Shown: in pieces, positions 39,865 through 50,032 of the stretch
How the letters are laid out: every line of letters starts with the position of its first letter
Numbering within the stretch: the stretch's first letter is position 1
From: a plasmid
Sequence record: NZ_CP044066.1
Length of the DNA: 64,000 nt
Reading direction: 5' to 3' (one strand)
The notes under the pieces: generated by a model
Databases searched by the model: none
What the model saw: only the letters and a program-made list of their open reading frames with translations
Told to the model about the DNA's origin: nothing
Made by a program: the position numbers and the translations under genes

Positions 39865-40833
39865 TCAGGACAGGAGCTCGACGGCCGCATCCCAGGCCTT
39901 TTGCTTGAGCATCGCGCCGGCCCCGAACCACGCCGAATCCAGCCGATTGCCCGGATTGCGGGCACGCTGCTGGTGGTCAACGTACTCGGTCACGCTGTTC
40001 ACGAGGCCCCAGGCCGTACCGGCAGCGGATGGCAGGTTCGCCCCGCGGCCAGCGCCCTCGAAGAGATTGAGTACAGCCTTGAGACCGCGCTCGTTCATCT
40101 TCATGGGGCCATCTGCTTCCGGCTTTGCCCACTGATACGTGAACAGACGCTGGAAGAAGCGTTCGGACTCGCTCTGGCTAACCTTGCGATCAGCCAGCTC
40201 GTGCATGCGGACCATGAAGCCATCCCACGAGGAGATGGCGATGCCCAGCTGGTCTTTGACGGCCTGCGCGTCAAACTGGCTGCGATGCGGTACCTTCACC
40301 GCACCGCGGTCACGGCCGAGAGCAATTTGCAGGGTGTTATTGCAGACCACACGAACAGATGTGAACTGGGCAGTGGTGGCCAGAGTCCCATCGCAGGCGG
40401 TAGCGAGCAGCAGGTAACCTCGCACTTCATCGCCGCCGGCGAGCGTGGTCGACTGCCCCGTGCGCGCGAGCGCCCAGAGCTTGCGGCCACCCTTGAGCAC
40501 TCCAGCCGTTTCCAGCTGGTAGCCGCCGACTTCGGTGAGGTCGCGGTAGAACTCGAGCACCTGCGACGGTTGCACGACCTGATAGCGCTTCGACACGGTC
40601 GAGAGCGGCGCAAGCGTGTCCGAGCGATACAGCACCTTCTGCGCGGAGAACGCCTTCATGGCATCCAGCTCGTGAGAGCCGGCGCGGAACATGACGTCGG
40701 TCTCTTCGATGCGCCAGTTCATACCGGCGGCATCGGCCCAGACTTCGAGCGGCTGAAATGCTTCGAGTCGGTTGCCGAGGCCATGCCAGGGAGTTGCGCC
40801 AACATAAGCCATGGTTTGGACGAGATGAGACAT
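39865..40833 (-). CDS. DUF932-family protein (phage/plasmid-like, typical of ICEs and conjugative plasmids)
   Basis: 322 aa from ATG 40833; MSHLVQTMAYVGATPWHGLGN... N-terminus and length match the DUF932 (TIGR03299-like) family seen next to PRTRC cassettes. Confidence 0.65.
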   Translation of the reverse strand: MSHLVQTMAYVGATPWHGLGNRLEAFQPLEVWADAAGMNWRIEETDVMFRAGSHELDAMKAFSAQKVLYRSDTLAPLSTVSKRYQVVQPSQVLEFYRDLTEVGGYQLETAGVLKGGRKLWALARTGQSTTLAGGDEVRGYLLLATACDGTLATTAQFTSVRVVCNNTLQIALGRDRGAVKVPHRSQFDAQAVKDQLGIAISSWDGFMVRMHELADRKVSQSESERFFQRLFTYQWAKPEADGPMKMNERGLKAVLNLFEGAGRGANLPSAAGTAWGLVNSVTEYVDHQQRARNPGNRLDSAWFGAGAMLKQKAWDAAVELLS

Positions 40834-41114
40834 GGGATTGCTCCTGAAAATGGAATGACGCGAGCGCGGCGATGCCATAGGGCGCCGCCGATCGCGAGAC
40901 AAGAAGGAAGGAAGGAATGGAGTGCGCAACGAGCGAGGCGCCCCTTGCGAATGACGGATAGCGAACCGCGCGTGGCCCGGTTAGGGCGGCTGACGCGATA
41001 CGCCAAACGGCTACTGCGAGAAGGAAGGGTTCATGTGGGTGGAGTGATTCAGGCCCACGCGAGACGTCCCCAGCAGGGAGATGTCCCTGTGGGAAGTGGA
41101 AGGAAATGGCCGGC

Positions 41115-41146
41115 GGACCGGCTTGGGAGTCGATGCGGCAAAGCCG
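41115..41146 (-). promoter_or_regulatory. conserved island dyad motif copy 2 (variant GAGTCGATGCGGCAAAGCCGCGGGTAAAAC)
   Basis: ~290 bp upstream of DUF932 start; compensatory change keeps palindrome (GCGGC..GCCGC). Confidence 0.45.
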
Positions 41147-41307
41147 CGGGTAAAACTCGGTTTGGACTGAACTGGCTTCAGTGCGAACAGAGCTCTGTTC
41201 GGTATCGGCTAGGCTATCGCAATAATCCGCGTTGCCACCGGCGAAAGCACAGCTTTTCCCGTGTGTTTTAGAGAAACTCCCCCGACCGATGGCCGGGGGA
41301 TCTCGAA

Positions 41308-42870
41308 TCAAGCAGCGATCGCCGCAGCAGGCGCCTGCAGTTCAGCCAGGCGCGCACGGGCATAGGCCAGCGTGCCGTCCTTGGCCCGCAGCGGCCGCGA
41401 CACGCGCCGCGACGGATCGTAGATCCCGTAGCGGGTGACGCTGCCCCGCTTCTGCTCGAGCAGCTGCGAAAAGCCCGCATCGATGCAGAAATCCACATAC
41501 TCGCGGCCGTTCATCGTCTGCCCGGTCTCGAGGCGGTACGTCGTCGCTTCCGCATCCCGCTTGGCATCTGCCATCGCACGATCCTCGCGCCGCTGTGCAT
41601 GGGCGATGGTGGCCTGCGCCTCCCATTCCGCCTGCTCGTCCTCGGAAAAGCCGCAGAGGTCGAACAGCCGTCGCCGGCGCTCGGCCGCAGTGCAATGCAT
41701 GACATCGATGCCCAGCTCGTCGCGCAATGCGCGCTTGGAGTCGGTGTTCGAGTCGCGCGGACCGTCGAAGATCTGCAGGATGGCTGCGATATCGCGCTGC
41801 ATGACGGCGAGCGAGACACGGTTCGGCCATTCGAATCCGTACTGCCCGCGGTACCTCTCCGCCGAATGAGTGCGGTACTCATACTCGCGCTGGCTGATCG
41901 TCCGTGCATTGCGCTCGGATTGTGCGGCATCCACATTCTCACGATAATGACGCTGCGAGATCTTCTCGTGAATTCTTGCAGCAAGCGGGGTAACCGGCTG
42001 TGCACTCCCTCGCGAGAGTTGTCGCGGCGCTGGCATTGTGCGGACAGACACAATGCCAGCGGCATAGAGGGCGTCATCGACGTCCACAAGACCCCCATCA
42101 CTGGGAACATGACGGAGCGACGCGAGCAGCTTACCGACGTTGTGGCAAGTGATCTCGATCTTCTCGTGTCGCATGACGCTGCACAGCGCCTGCAGCACGC
42201 TCTTCGACAAAGCGCCGCGTAGCGCAGGCACGTCGATCAGTGGGCGCAGCACCCACAGATCGTACTGCCCGTGGTGCAGATTCTCGCGATACGTGCTGAG
42301 GATACATTCGCGTACCTTGTCACCGCGCATGAGCGCGTAGGCGACGTGGACCTCATGCCGGCTGTTCGGACTCTGGCTCGGGTCATACAACGGACCATTC
42401 GTGCCAAAGCCGAAGCGACGCATAAACTCGGTGTGGACGTAGTTTCCGACATCGAAGGCACCCTGCTCTTCGAAGAGATCCGCAGTCTGGAAGAGCGGAC
42501 CTGCATCGTCCTGCGTCATATCAAGGGCAGCCTCCGGCGAGTAGGCAAGAGCGCCCGCCGCAACGACGGCGCCCCAGGAGGCGCGGCTCATCTCGTACGG
42601 CTGCAGAACCCTGCCATTCGGCCGGACAATAAATCGATCCACTTCATCGATGACGGCGCTGATGATGCTGCGCCGGGTGCCCGTGGGTCTGACAGCAAAA
42701 CTGCCGGACCGGAGACGCACGATAGCAACCGCGCCACGTTCGATATGCCGTACGGTGATGTCCTCGAGCCGTGGCGCTGCTCGTTCGTTACGGTCCTCGT
42801 TCAGGTACTCGAGCACGCCGGCGAGCGTCGTGCGGTGTTCGGCGCGCTGGCCGATGTAAATAACGTACAT
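41308..42870 (-). CDS. hypothetical protein (520 aa)
   Basis: complete ORF from ATG 42870 (MYVIYIGQRAEHR...); no recognised motif. Confidence 0.5.
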   Translation of the reverse strand: MYVIYIGQRAEHRTTLAGVLEYLNEDRNERAAPRLEDITVRHIERGAVAIVRLRSGSFAVRPTGTRRSIISAVIDEVDRFIVRPNGRVLQPYEMSRASWGAVVAAGALAYSPEAALDMTQDDAGPLFQTADLFEEQGAFDVGNYVHTEFMRRFGFGTNGPLYDPSQSPNSRHEVHVAYALMRGDKVRECILSTYRENLHHGQYDLWVLRPLIDVPALRGALSKSVLQALCSVMRHEKIEITCHNVGKLLASLRHVPSDGGLVDVDDALYAAGIVSVRTMPAPRQLSRGSAQPVTPLAARIHEKISQRHYRENVDAAQSERNARTISQREYEYRTHSAERYRGQYGFEWPNRVSLAVMQRDIAAILQIFDGPRDSNTDSKRALRDELGIDVMHCTAAERRRRLFDLCGFSEDEQAEWEAQATIAHAQRREDRAMADAKRDAEATTYRLETGQTMNGREYVDFCIDAGFSQLLEQKRGSVTRYGIYDPSRRVSRPLRAKDGTLAYARARLAELQAPAAAIAA

Positions 42871-42937
42871 GGTGGCTCCAGAGACGGAGCACGCCCATCC
42901 GGGGACGTGCCCCGATTGGGTTGGAAGGAATGGTGAC

Positions 42938-43333
42938 TCAGGCGGCGACTGCGGTGCGACGCTTCGAGTTGCCGCGACTGGCGACAATGCGCGCTGCCGC
43001 GATCTGCGAGAGCAGCTCGGCATCGGCGATGCGCCAGATTTCGCCACGGCCGTGACCGATCTGGTTCCAGCGGCCTGTCTGCACAAACTTGCCGGTCGCG
43101 AGCAGTGCCCCCTTGAGGTCAGCCGGGAGATTCCAGTCCGCAGCGACAAGGATCTCGTCGTCCGCGAGTTCGGTCTGAGGCAGGTTCACTGTCAGCGCGC
43201 CGTAGGGCATGCCGTCATCTGCGCAGACGAGCGAGATGGCGGCGCGCAGGTTGGTCGAATACACGGATGCGCGCAGCAGGACACCGGCGGGATAGCTGGC
43301 CAGGCCAGCGGCATAAACGGTGGTGGCGTCCAT
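42938..43333 (-). CDS. hypothetical protein (131 aa)
   Basis: complete ORF; followed downstream by terminator hairpin at ~43395-43425. Confidence 0.4.
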   Translation of the reverse strand: MDATTVYAAGLASYPAGVLLRASVYSTNLRAAISLVCADDGMPYGALTVNLPQTELADDEILVAADWNLPADLKGALLATGKFVQTGRWNQIGHGRGEIWRIADAELLSQIAAARIVASRGNSKRRTAVAA

Positions 43334-43464
43334 CGGGATACTCCTTTGGTGGGGAGTCGCCCCGACGGGACGACGCCCGTATGGGTGGGGAAAAGAAAAA
43401 ACGCACCCCGAGGGGTGCGCTTAAGCGGTGAGCCGACGAATCGGCTCCTGAGAATGGATTGGCG

Positions 43465-43557
43465 TCAGTCCTTGTGAACGCGACGGCCGTTGCGGTCTGC
43501 CCACAGCAAGAACGCCGAAATTCCGACCGATAAGACCAGAACTACGATACCCATCAT
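43465..43557 (-). CDS. small hydrophobic peptide (30 aa, single TM)
   Basis: AAGGAG RBS 7 nt before ATGATG at 43557; MMGIVVLVLSVGISAFLLWADRNGRRVHKD; stop followed by intrinsic terminator (GCACCCCTCGGGGTGC + T-rich) at ~43395-43425. Confidence 0.45.
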   Translation of the reverse strand: MMGIVVLVLSVGISAFLLWADRNGRRVHKD

Positions 43558-43558
43558 G

Positions 43559-44029
43559 TCAATCTCCTTTGGCTAGGACTGCTCCTGCCATGAATAATAC
43601 AACACCACCGGCCAACATGCTGAACGCCTGCAACGCGGAATAAAGCGACCAAGCCGAAACCGAGTTGACATAGCCGGCGAGCCCGATCAGTGCGGCCGCT
43701 GAGAGTGTATGGGCGAAGCGCCCATACTGCTGGCGCTGGTCCTTATGGGGCGCCGTGATCGCACGCCATGCAAGGCTCAGGAGCCCAGGGCGCAAACGGG
43801 AACTTCCGTCCAGCCGGTACTGACTGCCCGACACATGCAACAGCGGATACAGGTATCCGTTGTCATGGGCCACGACCTCGAACCCCTCTCCCGCAGATTT
43901 GGCACGGTCGATGGACGCCGAGATGCGTGTCGGCAATGTCACGAGGCCATTGGGACGATCGATCTTTGCCTTCCCAGACACCTCTTCCCCCGACGTGGCG
44001 AGAAAGGTCACCTTGATTAGCGTGGACAT
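43559..44029 (-). CDS. hypothetical protein with C-terminal TM anchor (156 aa)
   Basis: complete ORF; C-terminal hydrophobic AFSMLAGGVVLFMAGAVLA; stop 1 nt before small peptide start. Confidence 0.45.
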   Translation of the reverse strand: MSTLIKVTFLATSGEEVSGKAKIDRPNGLVTLPTRISASIDRAKSAGEGFEVVAHDNGYLYPLLHVSGSQYRLDGSSRLRPGLLSLAWRAITAPHKDQRQQYGRFAHTLSAAALIGLAGYVNSVSAWSLYSALQAFSMLAGGVVLFMAGAVLAKGD

Positions 44030-44038
44030 AGATTCCCC

Positions 44039-44422
44039 CTAACCACGACGCCCGGCTACCACGCGTAGCGTGGCAACGAGATCGGCATAGCCTTGGGCGC
44101 TGGCCAACGACTCCATGGTGACCGCATTGTCACGGCCACCCGTAAGGTCATCACGGCCGCGGCACGTGCGGTAGGACATGCGCACTCCACCCTCCGCACC
44201 GGCAGGGTGGTGAATCTCGACCAGCAAGGAATCGGTGTGCAAGGCGAACACGTTCACCTTACGACGACGCTGGCGGTGCTCACGAATCGTGAAATCGCGT
44301 GGTCGCAGTGCCATATCACCAGCAAAACGGCGCAACACGCGGCAGGCATCCTGACGGACAGCCTCGCATGCGGCAGGATGGGTCGGCGGATGCCGACGGG
44401 TAAAGGATTTGGGGAGTTTCAT
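44039..44422 (-). CDS. hypothetical basic protein (127 aa)
   Basis: first ORF downstream of motif copy 3. Confidence 0.35.
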   Translation of the reverse strand: MKLPKSFTRRHPPTHPAACEAVRQDACRVLRRFAGDMALRPRDFTIREHRQRRRKVNVFALHTDSLLVEIHHPAGAEGGVRMSYRTCRGRDDLTGGRDNAVTMESLASAQGYADLVATLRVVAGRRG

Positions 44423-44504
44423 GGGTGTCCAAGGTAAGAACGGGACACCCCCTCCCTGCGGGACGAGTGTGTCCCAGCTGGGTTGGTCCGGGCAGTGCCG
44501 GACA

Positions 44505-44535
44505 GGGTCGATGCGTCATTGACGCGGGTGAAAAC
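44505..44535 (-). promoter_or_regulatory. conserved island dyad motif copy 3
   Basis: GGGTCGATGCGTCATTGACGCGGGTGAAAAC, ~90 bp upstream of start 44422. Confidence 0.55.
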
Positions 44536-44645
44536 GGCTTGCCGAAGCCGCAGGGCTTGGGCAAGCCCTCTCGGGCTTGCGATGGGTTGGCCCGCGCGGC
44601 AAGCCGCGCGGGAGACAAAGATATGGAGCCCCGACGGGAGCCCGC

Positions 44646-45119
44646 TTAACGCGTCAGGCGATAACCGTTGCCGGACGACACCAGGTAAAGCTGCTGCCCG
44701 GTGGCGAATTGCTGATCGGCATCCTGCGTGACCACGATCTGTGTGCCATTTTCCTTGCGGACAATGACTTCCACGCCAGCACGACGGTTGAGCTGCGACG
44801 CGACGCCCTGTGCCAGCACTGCCGAGACAGTGCCGGACATGGCGCCTGCAACATAGCGACCGATTCCGCCGCCAATCACACGCGCGCCGAGCAAGCCGCC
44901 GACGAGCGCGCCAACAACGCCAGGAATGCCGCTGTTGGCCGACGAATAGCCGTCACTGTCGATGATCGTCACCTGACGGAGACGAACGACGGTCACGACT
45001 TCCGCGGAGCCCGTGCGCAGCGCTTCCGAACTGCGGTAGCTGTTCGGAGACGTCTGCTGAGCAGCGCAGCCGGTGAAGACAATCGAAGCAAGGAAAAGCG
45101 AAATGACGCGCTTGAGCAT
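44646..45119 (-). CDS. SlyB-like glycine-zipper outer-membrane lipoprotein
   Basis: lipobox LASIVFTGC; Gly-zipper GIPGVVGALVGGLLGARVIGGGIGRYVAGAMSG. Confidence 0.65.
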   Translation of the reverse strand: MLKRVISLFLASIVFTGCAAQQTSPNSYRSSEALRTGSAEVVTVVRLRQVTIIDSDGYSSANSGIPGVVGALVGGLLGARVIGGGIGRYVAGAMSGTVSAVLAQGVASQLNRRAGVEVIVRKENGTQIVVTQDADQQFATGQQLYLVSSGNGYRLTR

Positions 45120-45208
45120 GATGGCCTCTGAAAAAATGGGCCAACATGCCTACGGGCAGGATGGCCCGTAGGTGGGAGAAAAACAAATGTCCGGCTATAC
45201 AACCGGAA

Positions 45209-45240
45209 AGGTCGATGCGTCTGAGACGCGGGTGATGAAG
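45209..45240 (-). promoter_or_regulatory. conserved island dyad motif copy 4
   Basis: AGGTCGATGCGTCTGAGACGCGGGTGATGAAG, ~95 bp upstream of lipoprotein start. Confidence 0.55.
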
Positions 45241-45387
45241 TAATGGTAGCAGGCTTACCCCGCGTTCAGCAATTGCTGATCGCAGCTATCGTTTTGACAC
45301 CTTCCGCGAGATGGCTTATTCGAAGACCGGATCCACCTCCGTGGCATAGCCATCGCAGAAGAACGGACCTTTCAATGGCTTCAGCCG

Positions 45388-45726
45388 TCAGGACAGCAGC
45401 TTAAGGACTACCGAGCGGGTCGTCACCTTGATGCGGATCTTCTTGACGGCCGGCTTAGCGAGTGCTTCTCGCAGGTCGGCGACTTCCATGTCTATCCCGA
45501 CATCGTCGCCGCCAAAAATCAGGAGAGTGTTCTCGTAGTAGTCCTCGTCCTTAGACGGATCGCAGCCTTTAAAGTAGAAAATGCATTGCTTGTCCGGGGT
45601 GAACCCAGTCATATAGCCGACGAAAGCGCCGCGGTCTCTGGCAACGTAGTACCTCTCAGATCCGGCGGCTTCGCAGAATGCGACCAGGGATTCGACTTGG
45701 GAACGGGAAAGGGTGATTTGCGCCAT
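45388..45726 (-). CDS. hypothetical protein (112 aa)
   Basis: complete ORF MAQITLSRSQVESLVAFCEAAGSERYYVARDRGAFVGY... Confidence 0.4.
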   Translation of the reverse strand: MAQITLSRSQVESLVAFCEAAGSERYYVARDRGAFVGYMTGFTPDKQCIFYFKGCDPSKDEDYYENTLLIFGGDDVGIDMEVADLREALAKPAVKKIRIKVTTRSVVLKLLS

Positions 45727-45804
45727 GGATAAGTGCTCCAGAGGATTGGCGGAGCACTCCCCTACGGGAGACGCCCCGCACGGGTTAGAAAGGGTTGGTT
45801 GGGT

Positions 45805-46515
45805 TCAGATTCCGGCGACTTCGCGTGCCAGTTGGTCGAGCATGGCTTCGACAATGCGCTCGCGTCGATGCTGCAACGCCAGCGCATTAAAGGTCGCATC
45901 GGAACTCAGGTGCGCAAGCGCATCCACGATGCCGACCCTGCTCTCCACCACTACGGCGACGCGGACGACATTCGGGCCGACTGGCGTCTTGCTTGCGATA
46001 CACAGGAGTGCCTCGAAGCGCGAGAGATCCAGCGCGTGCTGAAGCTCCATACGTTGTTCGACGTAACCGGCAATCAGGAAGGAGCAGAAAGCGGACTGGC
46101 CAACGTACGCGTCGGCGGCCAGCGACTGAATCCACTCCAGCACGGCGGGCCGCACGTTCACAAATAGCGGCTCGCCAGAGGGCACTCGGTCAACTTCCGA
46201 CAGCTTCCAACCCCAGTCCGGGCCGATGGTATAGAACTCCATCATCTTGCCATCGATGACCTGAGGCGAGACGTCAAACCACGTCACGCGCCCATCCTCG
46301 ACCAGCGCGAACGCGTTCCGGCTCTTGTCGAAGCTCAGGCTGCGTATGTATTGGCACAACTGCAGGCCTTCGTGCCGCGTGAACAAAGGCGCTCGGAGTG
46401 GTTGCCAAGGCTTCCCGTTCGAGAATGCGATAGCGACCACGGGCATCCGCTGGCACGTCACAAAGATGCGACGTAGGGCCAGAGGCGATTGAGATTCAGC
46501 AACAGAGATACTCAT
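45805..46515 (-). CDS. hypothetical protein (236 aa)
   Basis: ATG 46515 (MSISVAESQSPLALRRIFV...); downstream of motif copy 5. Confidence 0.45.
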   Translation of the reverse strand: MSISVAESQSPLALRRIFVTCQRMPVVAIAFSNGKPWQPLRAPLFTRHEGLQLCQYIRSLSFDKSRNAFALVEDGRVTWFDVSPQVIDGKMMEFYTIGPDWGWKLSEVDRVPSGEPLFVNVRPAVLEWIQSLAADAYVGQSAFCSFLIAGYVEQRMELQHALDLSRFEALLCIASKTPVGPNVVRVAVVVESRVGIVDALAHLSSDATFNALALQHRRERIVEAMLDQLAREVAGI

Positions 46516-46596
46516 GAATGTGCTCCAAAAAAAGTGGAGCACTCCGCCAGGGCAGGTGCCCCAACGGGTTGAGAAAGATGTGTGGCCATGGCCACG

Positions 46597-46623
46597 AAGT
46601 CGATGCGCCTATGGCGCGAGGTG
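46597..46623 (-). promoter_or_regulatory. conserved island dyad motif copy 5 (variant)
   Basis: AAGTCGATGCGCCTATGGCGCGAGGTG; palindrome preserved by compensatory GCGCC..GGCGC. Confidence 0.45.
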
Positions 46624-46711
46624 TGGCGGCATCTTAGCAGCCAGGTACGCGCGATTGCAACGGTGCCACATAAGAAAAAGGCCACTCTCGACGTGAGTCG
46701 AGAGTGGCTGT

Positions 46712-47506
46712 TCAAACGGTCTGGCGCGACTTGCGCTTCTTCGGGGCGTTCAGCGTGTAGCCAAAGCGTTCCCATGCTGCAGGATCGACGGGCAGAGGAC
46801 TTGTCCTGCCCGTTGCGAGGTTCACGAAGGCGCCGCAAAACTGCAGCGTGCCTGTACGGAACAACGTCCACAGCAGGTTGTAGGCCTGCACCGCGATCGC
46901 CATGTTGATAACGAGCGACTGCTTCTGCAATGCCTCCGCCATCGAGCAGGACGGCGCGGCGTCCGCCTTGTCCCCTTTCGGGTCCAGCAGCTGCGGATAC
47001 AGATCGCCAACGTGCGGCAGACGCTCCGTTGCCTTGCCGCGGACTTGGCCGAGAATTACCTGACCGTCGTCCGCGTTGTTGCCGCAGTCGAGGTAGTAGC
47101 CACCGGTGCCGCGCTGCATGGCGTCCACGATCGCCTTGCGGGCGGCGCGGCTATCGACACAGCCAATGACCATGTCACACGCAAGGCGGTCAGCAGAGCC
47201 GATCCGCTGGACATGCGCTTCCCAGCGCGTACCCATCAGGTTGTTGAGCCGGTTCACGATCAGCGGCGCCTTGTGCTGGCCGACGTCGACCGGATAAAAG
47301 CCCTGCCGGCCGACGTTGGTCTCGCTGACCGTATCGTCATCGTAGACCGTACAGTCAATGCCACCGGGGTGTCCGAGTTCGAGCATCGCATGATGCAAGC
47401 GCGCGAGATTCGGCAACAGCGCACTGCCAGTACCGCCGGCACCGACTACCACGACACGCCAGGCCCGTCTCAGCATATGCTCAGGAATGCGATGAACATA
47501 CGTCAT
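46712..47506 (-). CDS. PRTRC-system ThiF-family (E1-like) protein
   Basis: VVVVGAGGTGSALLPNLARL Rossmann/ThiF motif, CVDSRAARKAI; GGAGG RBS before ATG 47506; last gene of PRTRC operon. Confidence 0.8.
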   Translation of the reverse strand: MTYVHRIPEHMLRRAWRVVVVGAGGTGSALLPNLARLHHAMLELGHPGGIDCTVYDDDTVSETNVGRQGFYPVDVGQHKAPLIVNRLNNLMGTRWEAHVQRIGSADRLACDMVIGCVDSRAARKAIVDAMQRGTGGYYLDCGNNADDGQVILGQVRGKATERLPHVGDLYPQLLDPKGDKADAAPSCSMAEALQKQSLVINMAIAVQAYNLLWTLFRTGTLQFCGAFVNLATGRTSPLPVDPAAWERFGYTLNAPKKRKSRQTV

Positions 47507-48144
47507 ACCGCAACCTCCGCCCGTGCAGCCGCGTACCACTCAAACGGGACCTTCTCGACGTTCTCGAAGATCCCCTTGGCGCACAGCCTCAGCGCCAGCG
47601 ATGGCACCACGGCGTTGCAGCTACCCATGACGAACGCGAACTTCACGTCGTGGCGGTCGTCCGTATCATCGGTAGACGAGAAGAATGCCGGATGGCCACC
47701 ATGAGAGTGGCAGTCCACCACCAGCACTTCGTCATCCGCCAGCGTGGGGCGTTCGTACTTCAGATGGCCCATCCCCTGATCCAGCACTCGCACGGGCATC
47801 AACCGAAACGCATGCGTGCGACAGTTCCAGACCACGAAAGCGCCCGTCTCGTTGGGATACGCAGCGCGCGCCATCACCGCGAACTCACCAATGACGTCTG
47901 GCGGGACACAACCGCAGAGCAACTCCGTCACCTCCACCGCCTCACCGTACGGAATGGCGGTGCGATGCTCGAACTTACCAAGGAGACGGACGACGCGAAT
48001 CCATGGCCGCACGATCTCAAGAAACACCCCATTGGCAGCGATGAGCAGTCGCTCACCGGAGCCACCCATGGGAGCAACCTCGCCGAAGCGCGGCACCATC
48101 ACGGAGGGAAACGATTGCTGCAATGCCATATCGGCAGGATGCAT
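47503..48144 (-). CDS. PRTRC-system protein A (JAB/MPN metalloprotease domain)
   Basis: JAMM motif VVDCHSHGGHPAFFSSTDDTDD (HxHx7Sx2D) with upstream Glu; overlaps ThiF start by 4 nt. Confidence 0.75.
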   Translation of the reverse strand: MHPADMALQQSFPSVMVPRFGEVAPMGGSGERLLIAANGVFLEIVRPWIRVVRLLGKFEHRTAIPYGEAVEVTELLCGCVPPDVIGEFAVMARAAYPNETGAFVVWNCRTHAFRLMPVRVLDQGMGHLKYERPTLADDEVLVVDCHSHGGHPAFFSSTDDTDDRHDVKFAFVMGSCNAVVPSLALRLCAKGIFENVEKVPFEWYAAARAEVAV

Positions 48145-48146
48145 GA

Positions 48147-48866
48147 TTAATTCTCCAGTTTGCCGGCGATCAGATCGGCCAGCTTCCATTTCATAGGGAC
48201 GAGAACCTGCTTCGGAAAGTCAGCGAACTGACCATCGAGCATGTCCTTCCAGAAAGCAAAAGCACCGCGCTCGTACTCGACGCGCCTGGTGCCGTGATTC
48301 GGATGAGTGAAGGCGGAGTTAAAGAAGCCCTCCTCCCAGCCGGCGATTGAGGCGACGTCGATCTGCTTCGGTACGTGTGCGGTGCCGATGCAGATCCGCC
48401 CGCGGTCCCACGTGTTGAAGTACGGCGGCTCGAACAGCGCGCTGCCCGGCACCGGACGTTCTTCGTCCTGCAGCGCGAAAACGCTGAAGCCGGCATGAGA
48501 CGCCTGAAACACCAACGCGGGATGCGGCACGATCGCGTTGCGCTGCCCCAGCTCTTTGCAATCGAAGAACACGCGGCGCTTCGCTGCCGGACACCACCAC
48601 GTCACGGCCTCGGTGCTGACTGAAAGCACGTTCGGTGTCAGGAACTCGCCCTTGGGTAACGCATGCTCTGCAATTTCACGAACGGCGTGAAAAACAGCAT
48701 CGCGGTTGAGCGGAACGCCGGCGCCAAGAATCGGCTGCCCGGTAGGGGTGGTCTCGATGCGGTGCGCGGTACCGTAGGAAAACTCGCCGGGCCGTGAGCC
48801 ATAAAGCAAAATGGCCCCCTGAAGAGCCACGTCATGCGACCGCGATGCGGTCTGAAGTTCGGCCAT
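48147..48866 (-). CDS. PRTRC-system protein B candidate (239 aa)
   Basis: position and size in the ParB-E-C-F-B-A-ThiF order; no independent motif. Confidence 0.5.
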   Translation of the reverse strand: MAELQTASRSHDVALQGAILLYGSRPGEFSYGTAHRIETTPTGQPILGAGVPLNRDAVFHAVREIAEHALPKGEFLTPNVLSVSTEAVTWWCPAAKRRVFFDCKELGQRNAIVPHPALVFQASHAGFSVFALQDEERPVPGSALFEPPYFNTWDRGRICIGTAHVPKQIDVASIAGWEEGFFNSAFTHPNHGTRRVEYERGAFAFWKDMLDGQFADFPKQVLVPMKWKLADLIAGKLEN

Positions 48867-48878
48867 GTGGCCCTCCTT

Positions 48879-50012
48879 TCATAAGAGATGCTCGAGCATT
48901 CGATCCAGTGCAGCGATCAGCTCAAGGGTGTTTTCAAGAACTGCGTATTGCTTGCGAATTGCAGCAGGCTTGCTAGCCAGGGGAATGAAGCACTGGAAGT
49001 ACGTCGCAAAGCCACCCCCGCTTGCGCACTCGTAGTGGTCATCCAGCACTTCACCGACGTAGTCGCTATCCGCGTATGCGATCGTCGCCGCGGAATAGGC
49101 AGGCTCGGCCCATTGGGAGTTGGCCAGCAGCGAGCCCTTTCCCAGATGCTCCAGAGCGAGGTCGAGATCAGCAAGCGCGCCGCACAGCTTCCCGCGCCAG
49201 TCCTTCGGGCCGCGTCGTGCCAGCTCACGGAGCCGCCGCCGGCTCAACGCGGACAATTTCCTGTCCTTCTGCATCCAGGCATGTTTTGGCAGCGACTCGT
49301 CAGGCGCCAACTCCGGCCGAACCACCGACGGCAGGCAACGCTCGATATCCGAGTCGCCCTCCCCGAACCGCTCCGCAAGGCACTCACGCGCCGCGTTGTC
49401 GTCAGTGAGTGCCTCGAAGTCCCAATGCCAGCGCGCGAACATATCGAGCAGGTCGTCCGGTGTACGTACGTACAGCGATTTACCGGTCGCCGCACGAATG
49501 AGATGGAACAAGGTGTATATGAGGCAGGGATGCAGACTGCGCAATGCCTCGGCGCGTTCGGTCGTGAGCGTGTAGACGTTTTCTTCTTCGAGCCGTATGC
49601 CAAGGTAGAGCGCCGACTCCTCGCGCGGGTCCCAGCCGAACTCGGAGAGTTCATTTAGGACGCTGGCATGGTCAACCAGAACAAAGTCGAACTTCAGTGC
49701 TCGGGTCTTCGGCAGGCGCGGACCGAGCCATGCATTGAAGCCCTGCGCGAACGCGTCGCCAGCAGAATGCGGGGACACGACGGCCTCAGTGTCGAGCACC
49801 CCCGCGCGGAACTGCGCGATGACGAATTCCTTCAGATCGGCCTCGTCTCCGTAGTTCAGAAGACCGTGTGCGGGTACGACTGGCGGCAGCGCCGGCAGCG
49901 TCAGAAAATCATGGGCAGGTCGATGTCTGGCAACGGGATGTTGTCGCGCAAACGACCATCCGGGTTGCCCTCCATCGAGCGCTGGAACAGACGACCGAGG
50001 ATCGAACAGCAT
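48879..50012 (-). CDS. PRTRC-system protein F candidate (377 aa)
   Basis: position in cassette; GAGGAG RBS before ATG 50012 placed immediately after an internal terminator. Confidence 0.5.
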   Translation of the reverse strand: MLFDPRSSVPALDGGQPGWSFARQHPVARHRPAHDFLTLPALPPVVPAHGLLNYGDEADLKEFVIAQFRAGVLDTEAVVSPHSAGDAFAQGFNAWLGPRLPKTRALKFDFVLVDHASVLNELSEFGWDPREESALYLGIRLEEENVYTLTTERAEALRSLHPCLIYTLFHLIRAATGKSLYVRTPDDLLDMFARWHWDFEALTDDNAARECLAERFGEGDSDIERCLPSVVRPELAPDESLPKHAWMQKDRKLSALSRRRLRELARRGPKDWRGKLCGALADLDLALEHLGKGSLLANSQWAEPAYSAATIAYADSDYVGEVLDDHYECASGGGFATYFQCFIPLASKPAAIRKQYAVLENTLELIAALDRMLEHLL

Positions 50013-50032
50013 TGTTGAGTCTCCTCAGAATG

